Below, piece after piece: positions 27,201-36,044 of a DNA stretch of 64,000 nucleotides; positions within the stretch are counted from its first letter, which is position 1; every line of letters starts with the position of its first letter. The stretch covers positions 1,127 to 65,126 of the forward strand of contig JAOMTZ010000007.1 in assembly GCA_028356125.1 (NCBI GenBank). The letters run 5' to 3'. This DNA is from Candidatus Poseidoniaceae archaeon. GTDB lineage: Archaea; Thermoplasmatota; Poseidoniia; Poseidoniales; Poseidoniaceae. The translations under genes and the position numbers were made by a program. The notes under the pieces were generated by a model that saw only the letters and a list, made by a program, of their open reading frames with translations, was not told the DNA's origin and did not search any database.

Positions 27201-28086
27201 TGGCTTCTGAAATCTGCTTCTCCAAATCTCCGATGCGATCATCTAATCCTAGCAATATAGATTCTGCCGCTTTAACTTCAAGTTGTAATTTATCTGCGTC
27301 CGCAAGATAGCGAGTTCGTTCATCGGAATGATGTCTTATCTCCTCTTTAGCAGTCATATGTCTTGACTGTTGAAGAATTACATTGGCATTATCGAACTCA
27401 TCGCGTGTATCTTTTGCCTTTTCCGCCACGGCCTTTTCTTTTTCCAATGTCTTCAGGCGTGCTTTTTGTTCATCTTCAACAAGTGATATCCTTTCGATGT
27501 AATCCTCAACTTGGCCTTTTTGACGATCTGCTTTACGGATTTCATCATCATAAGATGTCACTCCAGCAACCGAATCCAGAACCTTTCTACGTTCAACAGC
27601 AGTCATGCTGGAAAGCCTAGTGACGTCGCCCTGTAGAACGATGTTGTAACCGTCTGGTCTAGCGTTTGCTTGCCCTAAAAGGCGGTGGAAAGACTTCTGG
27701 TTACTTTCTTCACCATTCAACAAATATGTTGAAACGGTATTGTTAGACTTTGTAAGTCGCACTTCTCTAGTCATCCTCACTTCATCAGAATCGATTTGCA
27801 ATCTACGACGACCGCTTGTAAGAGTGGGGTTAGCGAAAACAAGGGTTACCTTCGCATTCCTAGCAGGCCGGTTAGACTTACCACCATTGAAGATTAGATC
27901 TTTAGAGTTTTGAGCCCTCAGAACCTTAGCAGAACGTGCACCTAAAACAAATTGTACAGCATCTCCACAATTGGATTTACCCGAACCATTAGGCCCGGTG
28001 ATCGCAGTAAAACCTCGGTCGAATGGAATTACTGCTTCACCCTTAAACGACTTGAAGTTCTCGACTTCTAATGACTTTAGATACAT
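24202..28086 (-). CDS. smc: chromosome segregation ATPase SMC
   Basis: MYLKSLEVENFKSFKG...GPNGSGKSN is the Walker A. The protein has long coiled coils, a hinge GIIGTISELC...ATFLPLNKM, the signature LSGGEKSMASL and Walker B FYYFDEVDQNLD. An acidic C-terminal tail of about 110 aa follows. Confidence 0.97.
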   Translation of the reverse strand: MYLKSLEVENFKSFKGEAVIPFDRGFTAITGPNGSGKSNCGDAVQFVLGARSAKVLRAQNSKDLIFNGGKSNRPARNAKVTLVFANPTLTSGRRRLQIDSDEVRMTREVRLTKSNNTVSTYLLNGEESNQKSFHRLLGQANARPDGYNIVLQGDVTRLSSMTAVERRKVLDSVAGVTSYDDEIRKADRQKGQVEDYIERISLVEDEQKARLKTLEKEKAVAEKAKDTRDEFDNANVILQQSRHMTAKEEIRHHSDERTRYLADADKLQLEVKAAESILLGLDDRIGDLEKQISEAMGGDKGGLNDQIGKLQVSLALKNDHLDEAEIADIDDSESLIDLEEQISEAKTNLDTHVENLSAANEALAASKKAFEETEAIEAEIRVTLESSGEATASLSRALSKANEYLESCRNAVQTARLEADKVSNQAEMVAEQLCTAEEEVDDAKLAFDEVQLQFEELGTADPENDRTALGNELRSAQSAEKRLIDESGAVDKRLQDAERRLSSARTELDRRSGSNGMAPGAAAVMAARDRGELKGIIGTISELCAPKDSAHSDALATAVGGGMNSVVVESDQVAAEAMALLKSRKLGRATFLPLNKMHTNRSSGKAAMLANKEGVIGFAHELLDYDPRISTAVAYSLRNTLIVNNIGTARRLMGGVRLVTLGGEITEPGGAMVGGSKQKMKAGFGGKIHGASEVEKLGGEVDRLSIMAQTVAAALREARTRQHEIRTKINSLTEDDHSVKAGTIKAEMELAEKVLVKARGVASQLETRLANLESDHVGKLAMVESASMKLLEAEAARDLASEDLSNSSPDGIRKRLLEAQSLRIEAEGAANKAQLTIDSGKEMSELLTQTLDNLTSRADEIQAGMAGREKSVKEWKSSVKEETILLNQKEEERASLLDEHQELENERKGLVEERAEVKANANQKANSAINSRSMAEDISRSLAIREQNLADLLVEMAAESVPVAEDDVELPNVGDAQKRVNDLRRKLDRYGDFNMLAIEQYDSCKKRLDEMKDDFKVLQERRKRLIDITDKLENQRKTRLLATLKEVNENFKVVYNRLSNGGRGELFLENPDEPFKGGLDMWAQPRGKSNKSRLQGLSGGEKSMASLSLIFAIQDHDPSPFYYFDEVDQNLDVPNSKLIATECRNRSEAAQFIMVTLRKVSLELADHHIGITHGGDGCSRRIVDFDRDRAIELGAQAEKEATDASDKNHSRIEEARIIAHEMPEVPDALPAPKSLGGLLNHIEEDESENGFEALTERAEELTEEIEERQKIVSELLADETDGQEVEDQEVEKEV

Positions 28087-28223
28087 CCCTTTCCCTCTTG
28101 ATCAAGATAATGAAAACTTGACCTTAACCGGGCAAGGGTACGAGGGGGGTCTTGAAGGTTACCCGGCTCGCGCTCGCGAGGAGTGGTTTAGAACACACCG
28201 CTAATTTAGCCGAAGTATAGCAT

Positions 28224-29066
28224 TTAGGAGGACATTCCAGTGTTGGAACAACCATTGCACCCTGCGCCATTACACAAGTGACAGGTCCTACCTACGCTAT
28301 CGCTGAAAGTATCACGCATTCCGCTTTCAAATGCATCCTCATATTTTGAAAGTCCTTGGTAATCCCAAAGGTCCCCAATTGTCTGGTATTGAGAGGCTCC
28401 CTTCGAACGCTTTGCTTTGGCTAAGTTCCCAAGATTACCACCTTGCTGGTAAGCCATGTCTAGCTGTTGAATAGTGTACTCTTTCCTTGGCGTTTTAGAC
28501 CCCTTAGACACTTTTCCATCGATGCGATATTTTGGACCCCTAATGAGAAATATCCCAACAGCAAATATTCCAATTTGAACAGCAATCGGAGGAGCAGGGA
28601 ACGGTAGCAATGCCGCAAGATCTTCAGATGAAGTACCTGGAAGTTGATCGAATCTATCTGCTAGAGCAATCCCACAAAGAATAACACCCGTTACAACTGC
28701 TATTTTCCTAATCCTCAATGCCCAACGACCCTTTCGAGGCCACCTAAGGAATGTTGTGAGGAACATGATGGAACCCTCGAGCAATAACAGCAAATCTGGA
28801 GCCTCCCATACACCTGGCGTAGTAACACAATCATTCGCATCACCAGCATCTAGGTCTTTTTGAATATCATCTGTATTGCAACCAGGGTCTGCGACTCTAG
28901 CCAGAATCAATTTTTGTGGTGGTTCAAGGCCCATTAAAGCCCCGAATTCAACGTTGGCAACAGATACCGCAATCAGCGCAAGGCCGATGATTGCTGCCAA
29001 CTTCTTCACCAGACCCATATTACAGCGGTGTATGAACGACCCCTTATTGGTGTCGCTATTTTTCAT
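28224..29066 (-). CDS. multi-pass membrane protein with a C-terminal DnaJ-type CxxCxGxG zinc finger
   Basis: It has four or five hydrophobic segments and ends ...GRTCHLCNGAGCNGCSNTGMSS, two overlapping CxxCxGxG units. An alternative ATG lies at 29018. Confidence 0.55.
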   Translation of the reverse strand: MKNSDTNKGSFIHRCNMGLVKKLAAIIGLALIAVSVANVEFGALMGLEPPQKLILARVADPGCNTDDIQKDLDAGDANDCVTTPGVWEAPDLLLLLEGSIMFLTTFLRWPRKGRWALRIRKIAVVTGVILCGIALADRFDQLPGTSSEDLAALLPFPAPPIAVQIGIFAVGIFLIRGPKYRIDGKVSKGSKTPRKEYTIQQLDMAYQQGGNLGNLAKAKRSKGASQYQTIGDLWDYQGLSKYEDAFESGMRDTFSDSVGRTCHLCNGAGCNGCSNTGMSS

Positions 29067-29111
29067 GAGTCACATTTGAATGTAGATGGCCACACCGCCA
29101 AACGGGCTGCG

Positions 29112-30692
29112 ATGTCTAGAGTTATCATTATCGGCAGCGGGATAGCGGGTCTATTCGCCGCATTAAGGCTTGAACAGGTAGGTCATGAGGTGGTAATCAT
29201 CACCAAACAGAGGCCTGAAGATTCGTCGACTAATTGGGCCCAAGGCGGAATTGCAGGAATTCTTGACAAAACCGACGGCGAGGCCATGCAGGCACACATT
29301 GAGGACACCTTGTCCTGCGGCGATGGACTTTGTGATGAGGAGATTGTTCGATGCGTTGTGGAAGAAGCCGGCGACAGAATCCGAGATTTGCTGTCGATAG
29401 GAGTAGATTTCCAAAAGGATGGAGATGATTTCCATCTGGTCAAAGAAGGTGGACACTCCGCACGTAGAATCTTACACGCCAAAGATGCAACTGGTGCAGA
29501 GATCGAAAGAGCGCTCAACAATGCTGTTTCAACTAGTGAGAACATCACATTGCGGCCGCATACATTAGGTGTCGACCTTATTCAAAGAGTCCACGGGGAG
29601 CCAAGTGAAGGGATCAAAGGCATATGGTGCCTGAGCTTAGATTCTGGAGAGATGGAGTCTATTGCAGGAGATGCTGTCCTGATTGCCACAGGAGGATGCG
29701 GGCAACTTTGGGAAAGAACAACTAATCCGTCAGTTGCGAGTGGAGATGGCCTAGCAATGGCTGTCAGAGCCGGCGCAACTAGCAAAGATATGGCATTCTT
29801 CCAATTTCATCCAACTGCTTTGATGGCAGGAAATAGCAGACCATTTTTGATTACTGAAGCACTGCGAGGAGAAGGAGGAGTCTTACTAGACGACAAAGGA
29901 TTAAACGCCTATAGAATAGGTGACTTACGTCCGGAAGACTATTCTTTTACTCTTGACTTCTCTCCAGACGGAAGTCTAGCAACTAGAGATGTAGTCGCAA
30001 GGGCTTGCGACCAAAGAATGAAGATATCCGGGGCAGATTATGTATGGCTTATTACCGATCATTTAGACAAAGAGGAATTACATTCGCATTTCCCTACTAT
30101 TGAATCTAAGTTGAATGAATATGCATTGTCACTCGGAGAAGACCCCCTGCCGGTAGCTCCTGCTGCACATTACATGGTAGGAGGGCTTTCGGTAGACATT
30201 CATGGAAGGGTTTTGATGGCTAACGATTCGCCAATTCCTGGTCTTTACGGGATTGGAGAAGTAGCATGTACCGGAATGCATGGGGCTAACCGCTTAGCAT
30301 CAAACAGTTTACTGGAAGCGGTTGTTTTTGCTAATAGGGCGGCAGAACACTTCATTTCTGAATCGGTAAACAATATCGAGAATGTTCCTTCTTGGAGATC
30401 AGAAGGTATGCTTGAACTAGAAGAGCATGCGCCTTTAATCAGAGATTTAGAGACATTGAGGAAAACGATGACTGATGACGTGGGCATCGTTCGTACATTC
30501 AATAGACTTGAGAGAGCTAAACGCATGCTTGAATTATTATCAAAAGAGGTTGATATGATTTGGAGAAGAAGTATCCCCTCGAGAGAGTTAGTTGAATTGA
30601 GAAATCTGGTACTCGTAGCAACCCACATTACTGAAGATGCATTAAATCGTAAGGAAAACCGTGGGCTGCACTGGAACAAGGACCTTATCTGA
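29112..30692 (+). CDS. nadB: L-aspartate oxidase
   Basis: MSRVIIIGSGIAGLFAAL is the FAD GxGxxG motif, with SSTNWAQGGIA, FHPTAL and GEVACTGMHGANRLASNSLLE. ATG 29112 was chosen; the track start at 29028 overlaps the divergent gene. Confidence 0.92.
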   Translation: MSRVIIIGSGIAGLFAALRLEQVGHEVVIITKQRPEDSSTNWAQGGIAGILDKTDGEAMQAHIEDTLSCGDGLCDEEIVRCVVEEAGDRIRDLLSIGVDFQKDGDDFHLVKEGGHSARRILHAKDATGAEIERALNNAVSTSENITLRPHTLGVDLIQRVHGEPSEGIKGIWCLSLDSGEMESIAGDAVLIATGGCGQLWERTTNPSVASGDGLAMAVRAGATSKDMAFFQFHPTALMAGNSRPFLITEALRGEGGVLLDDKGLNAYRIGDLRPEDYSFTLDFSPDGSLATRDVVARACDQRMKISGADYVWLITDHLDKEELHSHFPTIESKLNEYALSLGEDPLPVAPAAHYMVGGLSVDIHGRVLMANDSPIPGLYGIGEVACTGMHGANRLASNSLLEAVVFANRAAEHFISESVNNIENVPSWRSEGMLELEEHAPLIRDLETLRKTMTDDVGIVRTFNRLERAKRMLELLSKEVDMIWRRSIPSRELVELRNLVLVATHITEDALNRKENRGLHWNKDLI

Positions 30693-31575
30693 GTGACTTA
30701 ATTTGAGATAGTAACATACTATTCAAAGGCGTTGGAATTCCTAATTGTTCGGCCCTAGATACTACTTGGCCACACAGCATATCAATTTCGGTTTCTTTGC
30801 CAGACCTAACATCAACCAACATCGAACAGATATTCTCTGATGTCGAATCTAATACTGAGTGTAAACTTTGCAGTAATTCTTGATCGTTGCCAATATTGAT
30901 GCCTAGCAATCTAGCTACAGATGCAGCCTCCATCATCGTTGATTCTGCTTGAGAAAGCAATGGTTCATGCCGTAATTCACCGTTTTTAACACCGCATATC
31001 GCTGCTAATGGGTTTATTGCGACATTAAGGAGCAATTTATTCCAAAGAACCGATGTAACATCTGCATTATAGGTTGCATCTAGGCATTGTAGAGTCTTTG
31101 CGAATATATCCCCCTTAGACCCTCCGACAATTAATTTCCCTTTCCCTACCCATTCAATAGAACCTGGTTGCAATCTTTTCACAGCATTGGTAGTAACACC
31201 AACTGCAGTATTTTCAAAAGCGTACTCTTTGAGAATCTCCAAATTACCGAGACCGTTCTGTAGCGATAAAACCGGCCCCTTGGTCAAGAAAGTTGCAATT
31301 TGAGACAATTCGTCTGTATCCTTGGATTTGCTGGTAATGATGGCCTGATCACAAGAGTTCTCTAATGAGGGATGAATTCCCGCACCGTCTAGACTAACTG
31401 TCCATTCATCCGGAGAGATTCTAGCATTCCATTCCCCTGAAATCTCTAAACCTGATACCGCTAACATAGCACCATGTTCTCCTCTGGCATGGATTAATAC
31501 TTCATATCCTGAAGTAACTAATTTTGCTGCCACTAGACTACCGATTGAACCGGCACCCAATACAGCGATTCGCAT
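30685..31575 (-). CDS. panE: 2-dehydropantoate 2-reductase (ketopantoate reductase family)
   Basis: MRIAVLGAGSIGSLVAAKL is a Rossmann motif, with NG and NPL motifs and a C-terminal ApbA domain (EIDMLCGQVV...G.PTP). Confidence 0.8.
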   Translation of the reverse strand: MRIAVLGAGSIGSLVAAKLVTSGYEVLIHARGEHGAMLAVSGLEISGEWNARISPDEWTVSLDGAGIHPSLENSCDQAIITSKSKDTDELSQIATFLTKGPVLSLQNGLGNLEILKEYAFENTAVGVTTNAVKRLQPGSIEWVGKGKLIVGGSKGDIFAKTLQCLDATYNADVTSVLWNKLLLNVAINPLAAICGVKNGELRHEPLLSQAESTMMEAASVARLLGINIGNDQELLQSLHSVLDSTSENICSMLVDVRSGKETEIDMLCGQVVSRAEQLGIPTPLNSMLLSQIKSLR

Positions 31576-31577
31576 AT

Positions 31578-33938
31578 TCAGGCCTCGTGGTTTACTAAGT
31601 GGAGAATAACTTCTTCATCGTTTAATTCAAGCCATGAGAATGAAATTCCCGATTCAGGAGCTATAGCAGTCACGGTTGAAGATTGGCCAGCAAGTAGAAT
31701 AATATTGGTAGAAACATTCCACTGCGGACCATTACCGTCGAATTCAATATTCAATGAGACATTTTCAGAACCTGGGTTTTCAATAATCAATTCATTATTG
31801 CTGAAATCAACTGAGCCAATCCAGTTCTGAGTCCTCGATTCATTATTACCAATAATCAATGATGGTCCCCTAGCAACATTGTATTGAAGAGGAGAATGAT
31901 CTACTATACAGTCGACTATAATTCCTCCAGCAGGAGCATAAAGGCGAATCGATTCATTAGATTCTTCGTATTTGTTAGTGTGAATTGGATATATCGACAT
32001 GTTCCAAGTATTATTTTTCGGAGGAGAAGGAGTTCCTAAGCTAAGACAATCACCTTCGTGGTTTAATGCCAAAACCGACTGGCTGAATAGTAATTCCTCG
32101 TCGTCCAACAATACACCTTCTGAAGGAATTGCTATAATCTCTTCAACATTGTAATCTGCTACAAATGAGACGTTACCAAGATAGAAAGGTTCAACGTTTA
32201 ACCAGCTCATATCATCACCGGACAATCCATTCAGACAGATTTCTGAATCTCCCTTGGTGAAAGATGCATTACCTTCATCGTCAACATCATCCCAAGTTGT
32301 GTATTGAGCACCGATTGATAGGTTGATTGTCTTAGACTTCTTTACATTCAATCCAATACAGGATTTTGGATCATCAATATCCCCATTGAATTCCCATAGT
32401 CCTACAGGATATATGTCCTGGTCAGGAACTACTTGATGCTGAATAAATTCATCACCTACACGCCAAATGAAATCCACAGCCGAAGTATTCCATGTTTCAT
32501 TCCATTGGAAAGTGAATTCCAGTTCAATGGAATCAAGGGGGTCAACATCACCTTCACAGGTGAAAACTACTGATTCACTGCCTGAACCACAATCAATATC
32601 AGATAAATAGTGCTCACCATAAGCACCCTTTATCAAAGTTATATCCCAACTCTGTACAATTAGTGAAGGGTTGCTTACTTTTACTACTTGAGTGAATAAG
32701 CCATCTTCAATTTTCAAAATATCCTCGTCGACACTCCAGGATATTTCGTCATCCCAAATCTCGGACTCTGCAAATGGTATTTGTGCTGGAAGCGCGAACA
32801 TGAAGGCCATGAACAGAATAATTCCGATTCTCCTATGATCTCTTTCTGGAAGACCTTTGAAGTCGTCCAATACAATAGGCAATCTAGGGTCACCGCCTTT
32901 GGTGATAAGTAATGAAGCACAGATTGCAACGATTGGAACCCAAATACCCCAAGTCGAGAAAGCACCAAACAAGAATGCGAATAATAGTACGACGAGTAAG
33001 AGCATCACTTGGGTTGAACTTGAACGAGCTTCAGGAATACCCATTCGAGCGATTAGTATCCTTCCACCTGGGAACGTAGGTATTGGAAGAAGAGATACCC
33101 ATCCAACGAAACTCAGTGTTAGACCAACTCTAGTGAAGGGGTGTGCCCAAGATGTTTTCAGAATCATTGGGGTTTCACCTTCCAAACTAATTCCAATTAG
33201 ATTAACCAACAATGGCAACTCAATAGCCAATGGAGATGAAGACAGTGGAACAACACTAGGAGTCAATTCTAGTCCTAGCAAACATAGCACCATACCTGAA
33301 ACTATCATTAAGAGAGGTGATGAAAGCGATGTATTTCCTAATGAACTACGGTCTGGCCATAACCTTGCATCACTACGTGGCAAAGATGCAAAACCGAGAA
33401 TACCAAAGGGCCACCAAATCATTGCAGGCCCCGGTATAGGAAACAGGTGTGGAAGGTTTACACCGTGTTTTGAAGCAACCCATTTTTGGAGAAATGAAGC
33501 CATTAACAACACAGTGAACAAAGGTAGTGTGTAACCGATTAGGGCATCTAATGAAGCGTTTTCAACAAACCAACCACCAGACGGTCTTGCATCAGACAAC
33601 CATCTTTCGCCAGCATAGACAGTAGTTAGTAGTGATAAGATCCACATTGTCAGAACAAACCTTGGAGAAGGCCATTGTCTGACTGGATCTGCGATGATTT
33701 GTACAATCCATGGGTCATCAGGGTACAATCTAGCATTATATCCCAAGGGCTTGAGATGATTATTTATCGACTCTAGAACTTCATGCATGTCCTCATCGTC
33801 TTTTTCAGAGACAACATATGCTGGTGAACGACCACCAATATCTTCCAAGACATAGCAGAATCTAGAAAGTATTCTCTTCATCAACTCACGATGGCTCCAT
33901 GAGTCTTTGTGGACGGCAATTACTTCATCTTCAGACAT
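31578..33938 (-). CDS. site-2 protease (peptidase M50)-like membrane protein lacking the catalytic motifs, with a large C-terminal extracytoplasmic domain
   Basis: It is colinear with archaeal M50 proteins: ...FLQKWVASKHGVNLPHLFPIPGP sits where HExGHYxxxxxxxxxxxLPYFIPxP is expected. WPDRSSL matches PDRxAL. LLPIPTFPGGRILIARMG sits where NLxPxxxLDGGH is expected. No HExxH occurs anywhere in the 786 aa. Confidence 0.7.
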   Translation of the reverse strand: MSEDEVIAVHKDSWSHRELMKRILSRFCYVLEDIGGRSPAYVVSEKDDEDMHEVLESINNHLKPLGYNARLYPDDPWIVQIIADPVRQWPSPRFVLTMWILSLLTTVYAGERWLSDARPSGGWFVENASLDALIGYTLPLFTVLLMASFLQKWVASKHGVNLPHLFPIPGPAMIWWPFGILGFASLPRSDARLWPDRSSLGNTSLSSPLLMIVSGMVLCLLGLELTPSVVPLSSSPLAIELPLLVNLIGISLEGETPMILKTSWAHPFTRVGLTLSFVGWVSLLPIPTFPGGRILIARMGIPEARSSSTQVMLLLVVLLFAFLFGAFSTWGIWVPIVAICASLLITKGGDPRLPIVLDDFKGLPERDHRRIGIILFMAFMFALPAQIPFAESEIWDDEISWSVDEDILKIEDGLFTQVVKVSNPSLIVQSWDITLIKGAYGEHYLSDIDCGSGSESVVFTCEGDVDPLDSIELEFTFQWNETWNTSAVDFIWRVGDEFIQHQVVPDQDIYPVGLWEFNGDIDDPKSCIGLNVKKSKTINLSIGAQYTTWDDVDDEGNASFTKGDSEICLNGLSGDDMSWLNVEPFYLGNVSFVADYNVEEIIAIPSEGVLLDDEELLFSQSVLALNHEGDCLSLGTPSPPKNNTWNMSIYPIHTNKYEESNESIRLYAPAGGIIVDCIVDHSPLQYNVARGPSLIIGNNESRTQNWIGSVDFSNNELIIENPGSENVSLNIEFDGNGPQWNVSTNIILLAGQSSTVTAIAPESGISFSWLELNDEEVILHLVNHEA

Positions 33939-34001
33939 AGAATATACCTCCCAATAGTCTTGGGTGCACGGCCGACCTCAATGAATGAATCGGGTACAAT
34001 A

Positions 34002-34619
34002 TCACTTGTTCTTGAATCGCTTTAGACGGAATGTTTCTTCTCTTTCCATCTCTTCAAGTCTTAATTGGATGAAGACTCTCGCTTCTTCCAATTCAGGAAT
34101 TACCTTGAATTCAAGAGCGTTTACACGCCTCTTGGTTGCTTCTATTTCTGCTAGAAGTCTCTTCAGAGTTGCTTCCATTTCTGCAGCTTTGACTGTACTC
34201 TCAATCAAATTACCAAAGGAATCGGCTGCTTCATCGATATAAGGTGAAGAACCAGTAAAACCAATCGCTCTTTCACCAAATGCCTGCTTAAGGTTGGTTC
34301 CGGATACCGATGGTACTACAACTCCCATGATGTTTCTGCGTTCGACTTCAACCTCTGGAGATGCGGAGTTAGCAATTGCTGCAGAGCGGACTTTGAGTCC
34401 ACCTTCAATAGCATTAGCAAGATCAATCCTCTGCTTGGCCAACCTGTAGGTGTTGGTTAATTCTCTCTTAGCCTCAATCATCTCAGCTAGTAGTTTACGG
34501 AACTCATGAAACAAACCGTCACGCTTCATCTTGAGAAGTTTGTAACCATTCTTCGTCTGCTTAATACGTCCCTTGAGTTTGATAAGTTCACTGCGTGTTG
34601 GTTTTATGTCAAGTGCCAT
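34002..34619 (-). CDS. atpD: A-type ATP synthase subunit D
   Basis: MALDIKPTRSELIKLKGRIK... has a coiled-coil central stalk. The track start at 34628 is TTG; ATG is at 34619. Confidence 0.93.
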   Translation of the reverse strand: MALDIKPTRSELIKLKGRIKQTKNGYKLLKMKRDGLFHEFRKLLAEMIEAKRELTNTYRLAKQRIDLANAIEGGLKVRSAAIANSASPEVEVERRNIMGVVVPSVSGTNLKQAFGERAIGFTGSSPYIDEAADSFGNLIESTVKAAEMEATLKRLLAEIEATKRRVNALEFKVIPELEEARVFIQLRLEEMEREETFRLKRFKNK

Positions 34620-34652
34620 AAATTTCAACTCCCATTTTTTGGTTTAGTGTAC

Positions 34653-36032
34653 TCACTCACGGTTGTCTGGATGGTACTTATCGATCCACTTTTGGTCAAG
34701 ACGTACTAGGTATTTGGTGTCAATACTAGACATCAAAGTCCAGCACAAATCGAGAGTCTCTTCAATAGAACGGTCTTCGTAACGAGACTGTCTTAGGAAT
34801 TTATCTTCGAAAACGCCAGAGAACTCTAGAAGTTGCTTGTCACGCTCATTCAGTGCATCTTCACCAACAATTGCCACTAGACCACGTAATTCACGGCCTT
34901 GAGCGTATGCTGCATACATCTGGTCAGAAACTGACTTGTGGTCTTCACGAGTAGTCTTCTCTCCGATACACGAACCCATTAGACGGGATAGTGAAGGAAG
35001 TACGTTGATTGGCGGGTAGATACCTGCTTGGTGTAATTCACGAGAGATAACAATCTGTCCTTCAGTAATATATCCAGAAAGGTCAGGAATTGGGTGAGTG
35101 ATATCGTCACCAGGCATTGTTAGAATTGGGAATTGGGTGATTGAACCCTTCTTTCCTTTAACCAATCCTGCACGCTCGTACAGCATAGCAAGGTCAGTGT
35201 ACATGTAACCTGGGTAACCACGGCGTCCAGGTACTTCTTCACGAGCTGCACCAATTTGACGTAGAGCATCACAATAGTTTGTCATGTCTGTGTAGATAAC
35301 CAGTACGTGGTAATCCTTCTCGAATGCAAGGTACTCTGCAGCAGTTAGTGCAAGACGAGGCGTAATAATACGCTCAACAGCAGGGTCATCCGCTAGGTTA
35401 ACGAACAATACTGCGTTTTCTAATGCACCAGTTCTTTCCAAATCAGCACGGAAGAAATTGTATTCTTCAGCGGTAATTCCCATAGCACAGAATACTACGA
35501 TGAATTCTTCATCAGAAGCGGTCAACTTTGCTTGACGAGCAATCTGTAATGCGATATCGTTGTGCGGTAGACCAGATGCAGAGAAAATCGGCAACTTCTG
35601 TCCACGGACTAAAGAAGTACAACAGTCGATAGCGGAGATTCCAGTTTGAATGAAATCGTGTGGGCTACGACGGCTGTAAGGGTTGATAGCAGCTCCAATG
35701 ATATCTGCATTCTCTTCAGCAACAATATCAGGTCCACCGTCACGAGGACGTCCTGCACCGTCAAGAATACGGCCGACTAAATCAGTTGATACCGGGAGTT
35801 TGAAAACATCTCCCATGAAGGTAACACCAGAATCTCTATCGATCTTAGCAGTTCCTTCGAATACCTGTACAATGACTAAATCATCGGATGTATCGAGTAC
35901 TTGTCCATTCTTAATTGTCCCATTGGATAATCGCAAAGATACGATTTCACCGAATGCAACAGGTTCTGTCTTATTCAAGAAAACTAGAGGTCCCTTGACG
36001 TCTGTAATTGTTCTATATTCTTTTCCAGTCAT
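34653..36032 (-). CDS. atpB: A-type ATP synthase subunit B
   Basis: The 459-aa protein carries [28 protein letters not shown] and [14 protein letters not shown]. Confidence 0.97.
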   Translation of the reverse strand: MTGKEYRTITDVKGPLVFLNKTEPVAFGEIVSLRLSNGTIKNGQVLDTSDDLVIVQVFEGTAKIDRDSGVTFMGDVFKLPVSTDLVGRILDGAGRPRDGGPDIVAEENADIIGAAINPYSRRSPHDFIQTGISAIDCCTSLVRGQKLPIFSASGLPHNDIALQIARQAKLTASDEEFIVVFCAMGITAEEYNFFRADLERTGALENAVLFVNLADDPAVERIITPRLALTAAEYLAFEKDYHVLVIYTDMTNYCDALRQIGAAREEVPGRRGYPGYMYTDLAMLYERAGLVKGKKGSITQFPILTMPGDDITHPIPDLSGYITEGQIVISRELHQAGIYPPINVLPSLSRLMGSCIGEKTTREDHKSVSDQMYAAYAQGRELRGLVAIVGEDALNERDKQLLEFSGVFEDKFLRQSRYEDRSIEETLDLCWTLMSSIDTKYLVRLDQKWIDKYHPDNRE

Positions 36033-36044
36033 AATTAATCCCCC

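Noticed and set aside
28087-28223. GC-rich patch upstream of smc (CTTGATCAAG palindrome, CCGGGCAAGGGTAC...GGTTACCCGG, CTCGCGCTCGCGAG) considered as a small ncRNA or tRNA
   Set aside because: It has no T-arm or D-arm consensus. Only short imperfect stems can be drawn, and there is nothing to compare it with. It is most simply the smc promoter or 5' region.
32857-33534. 225-aa plus-strand ORF
   Set aside because: It is antisense to the M50-like gene. The hydrophobic-gene shadow frame gives a long open stretch, and no motifs are present.
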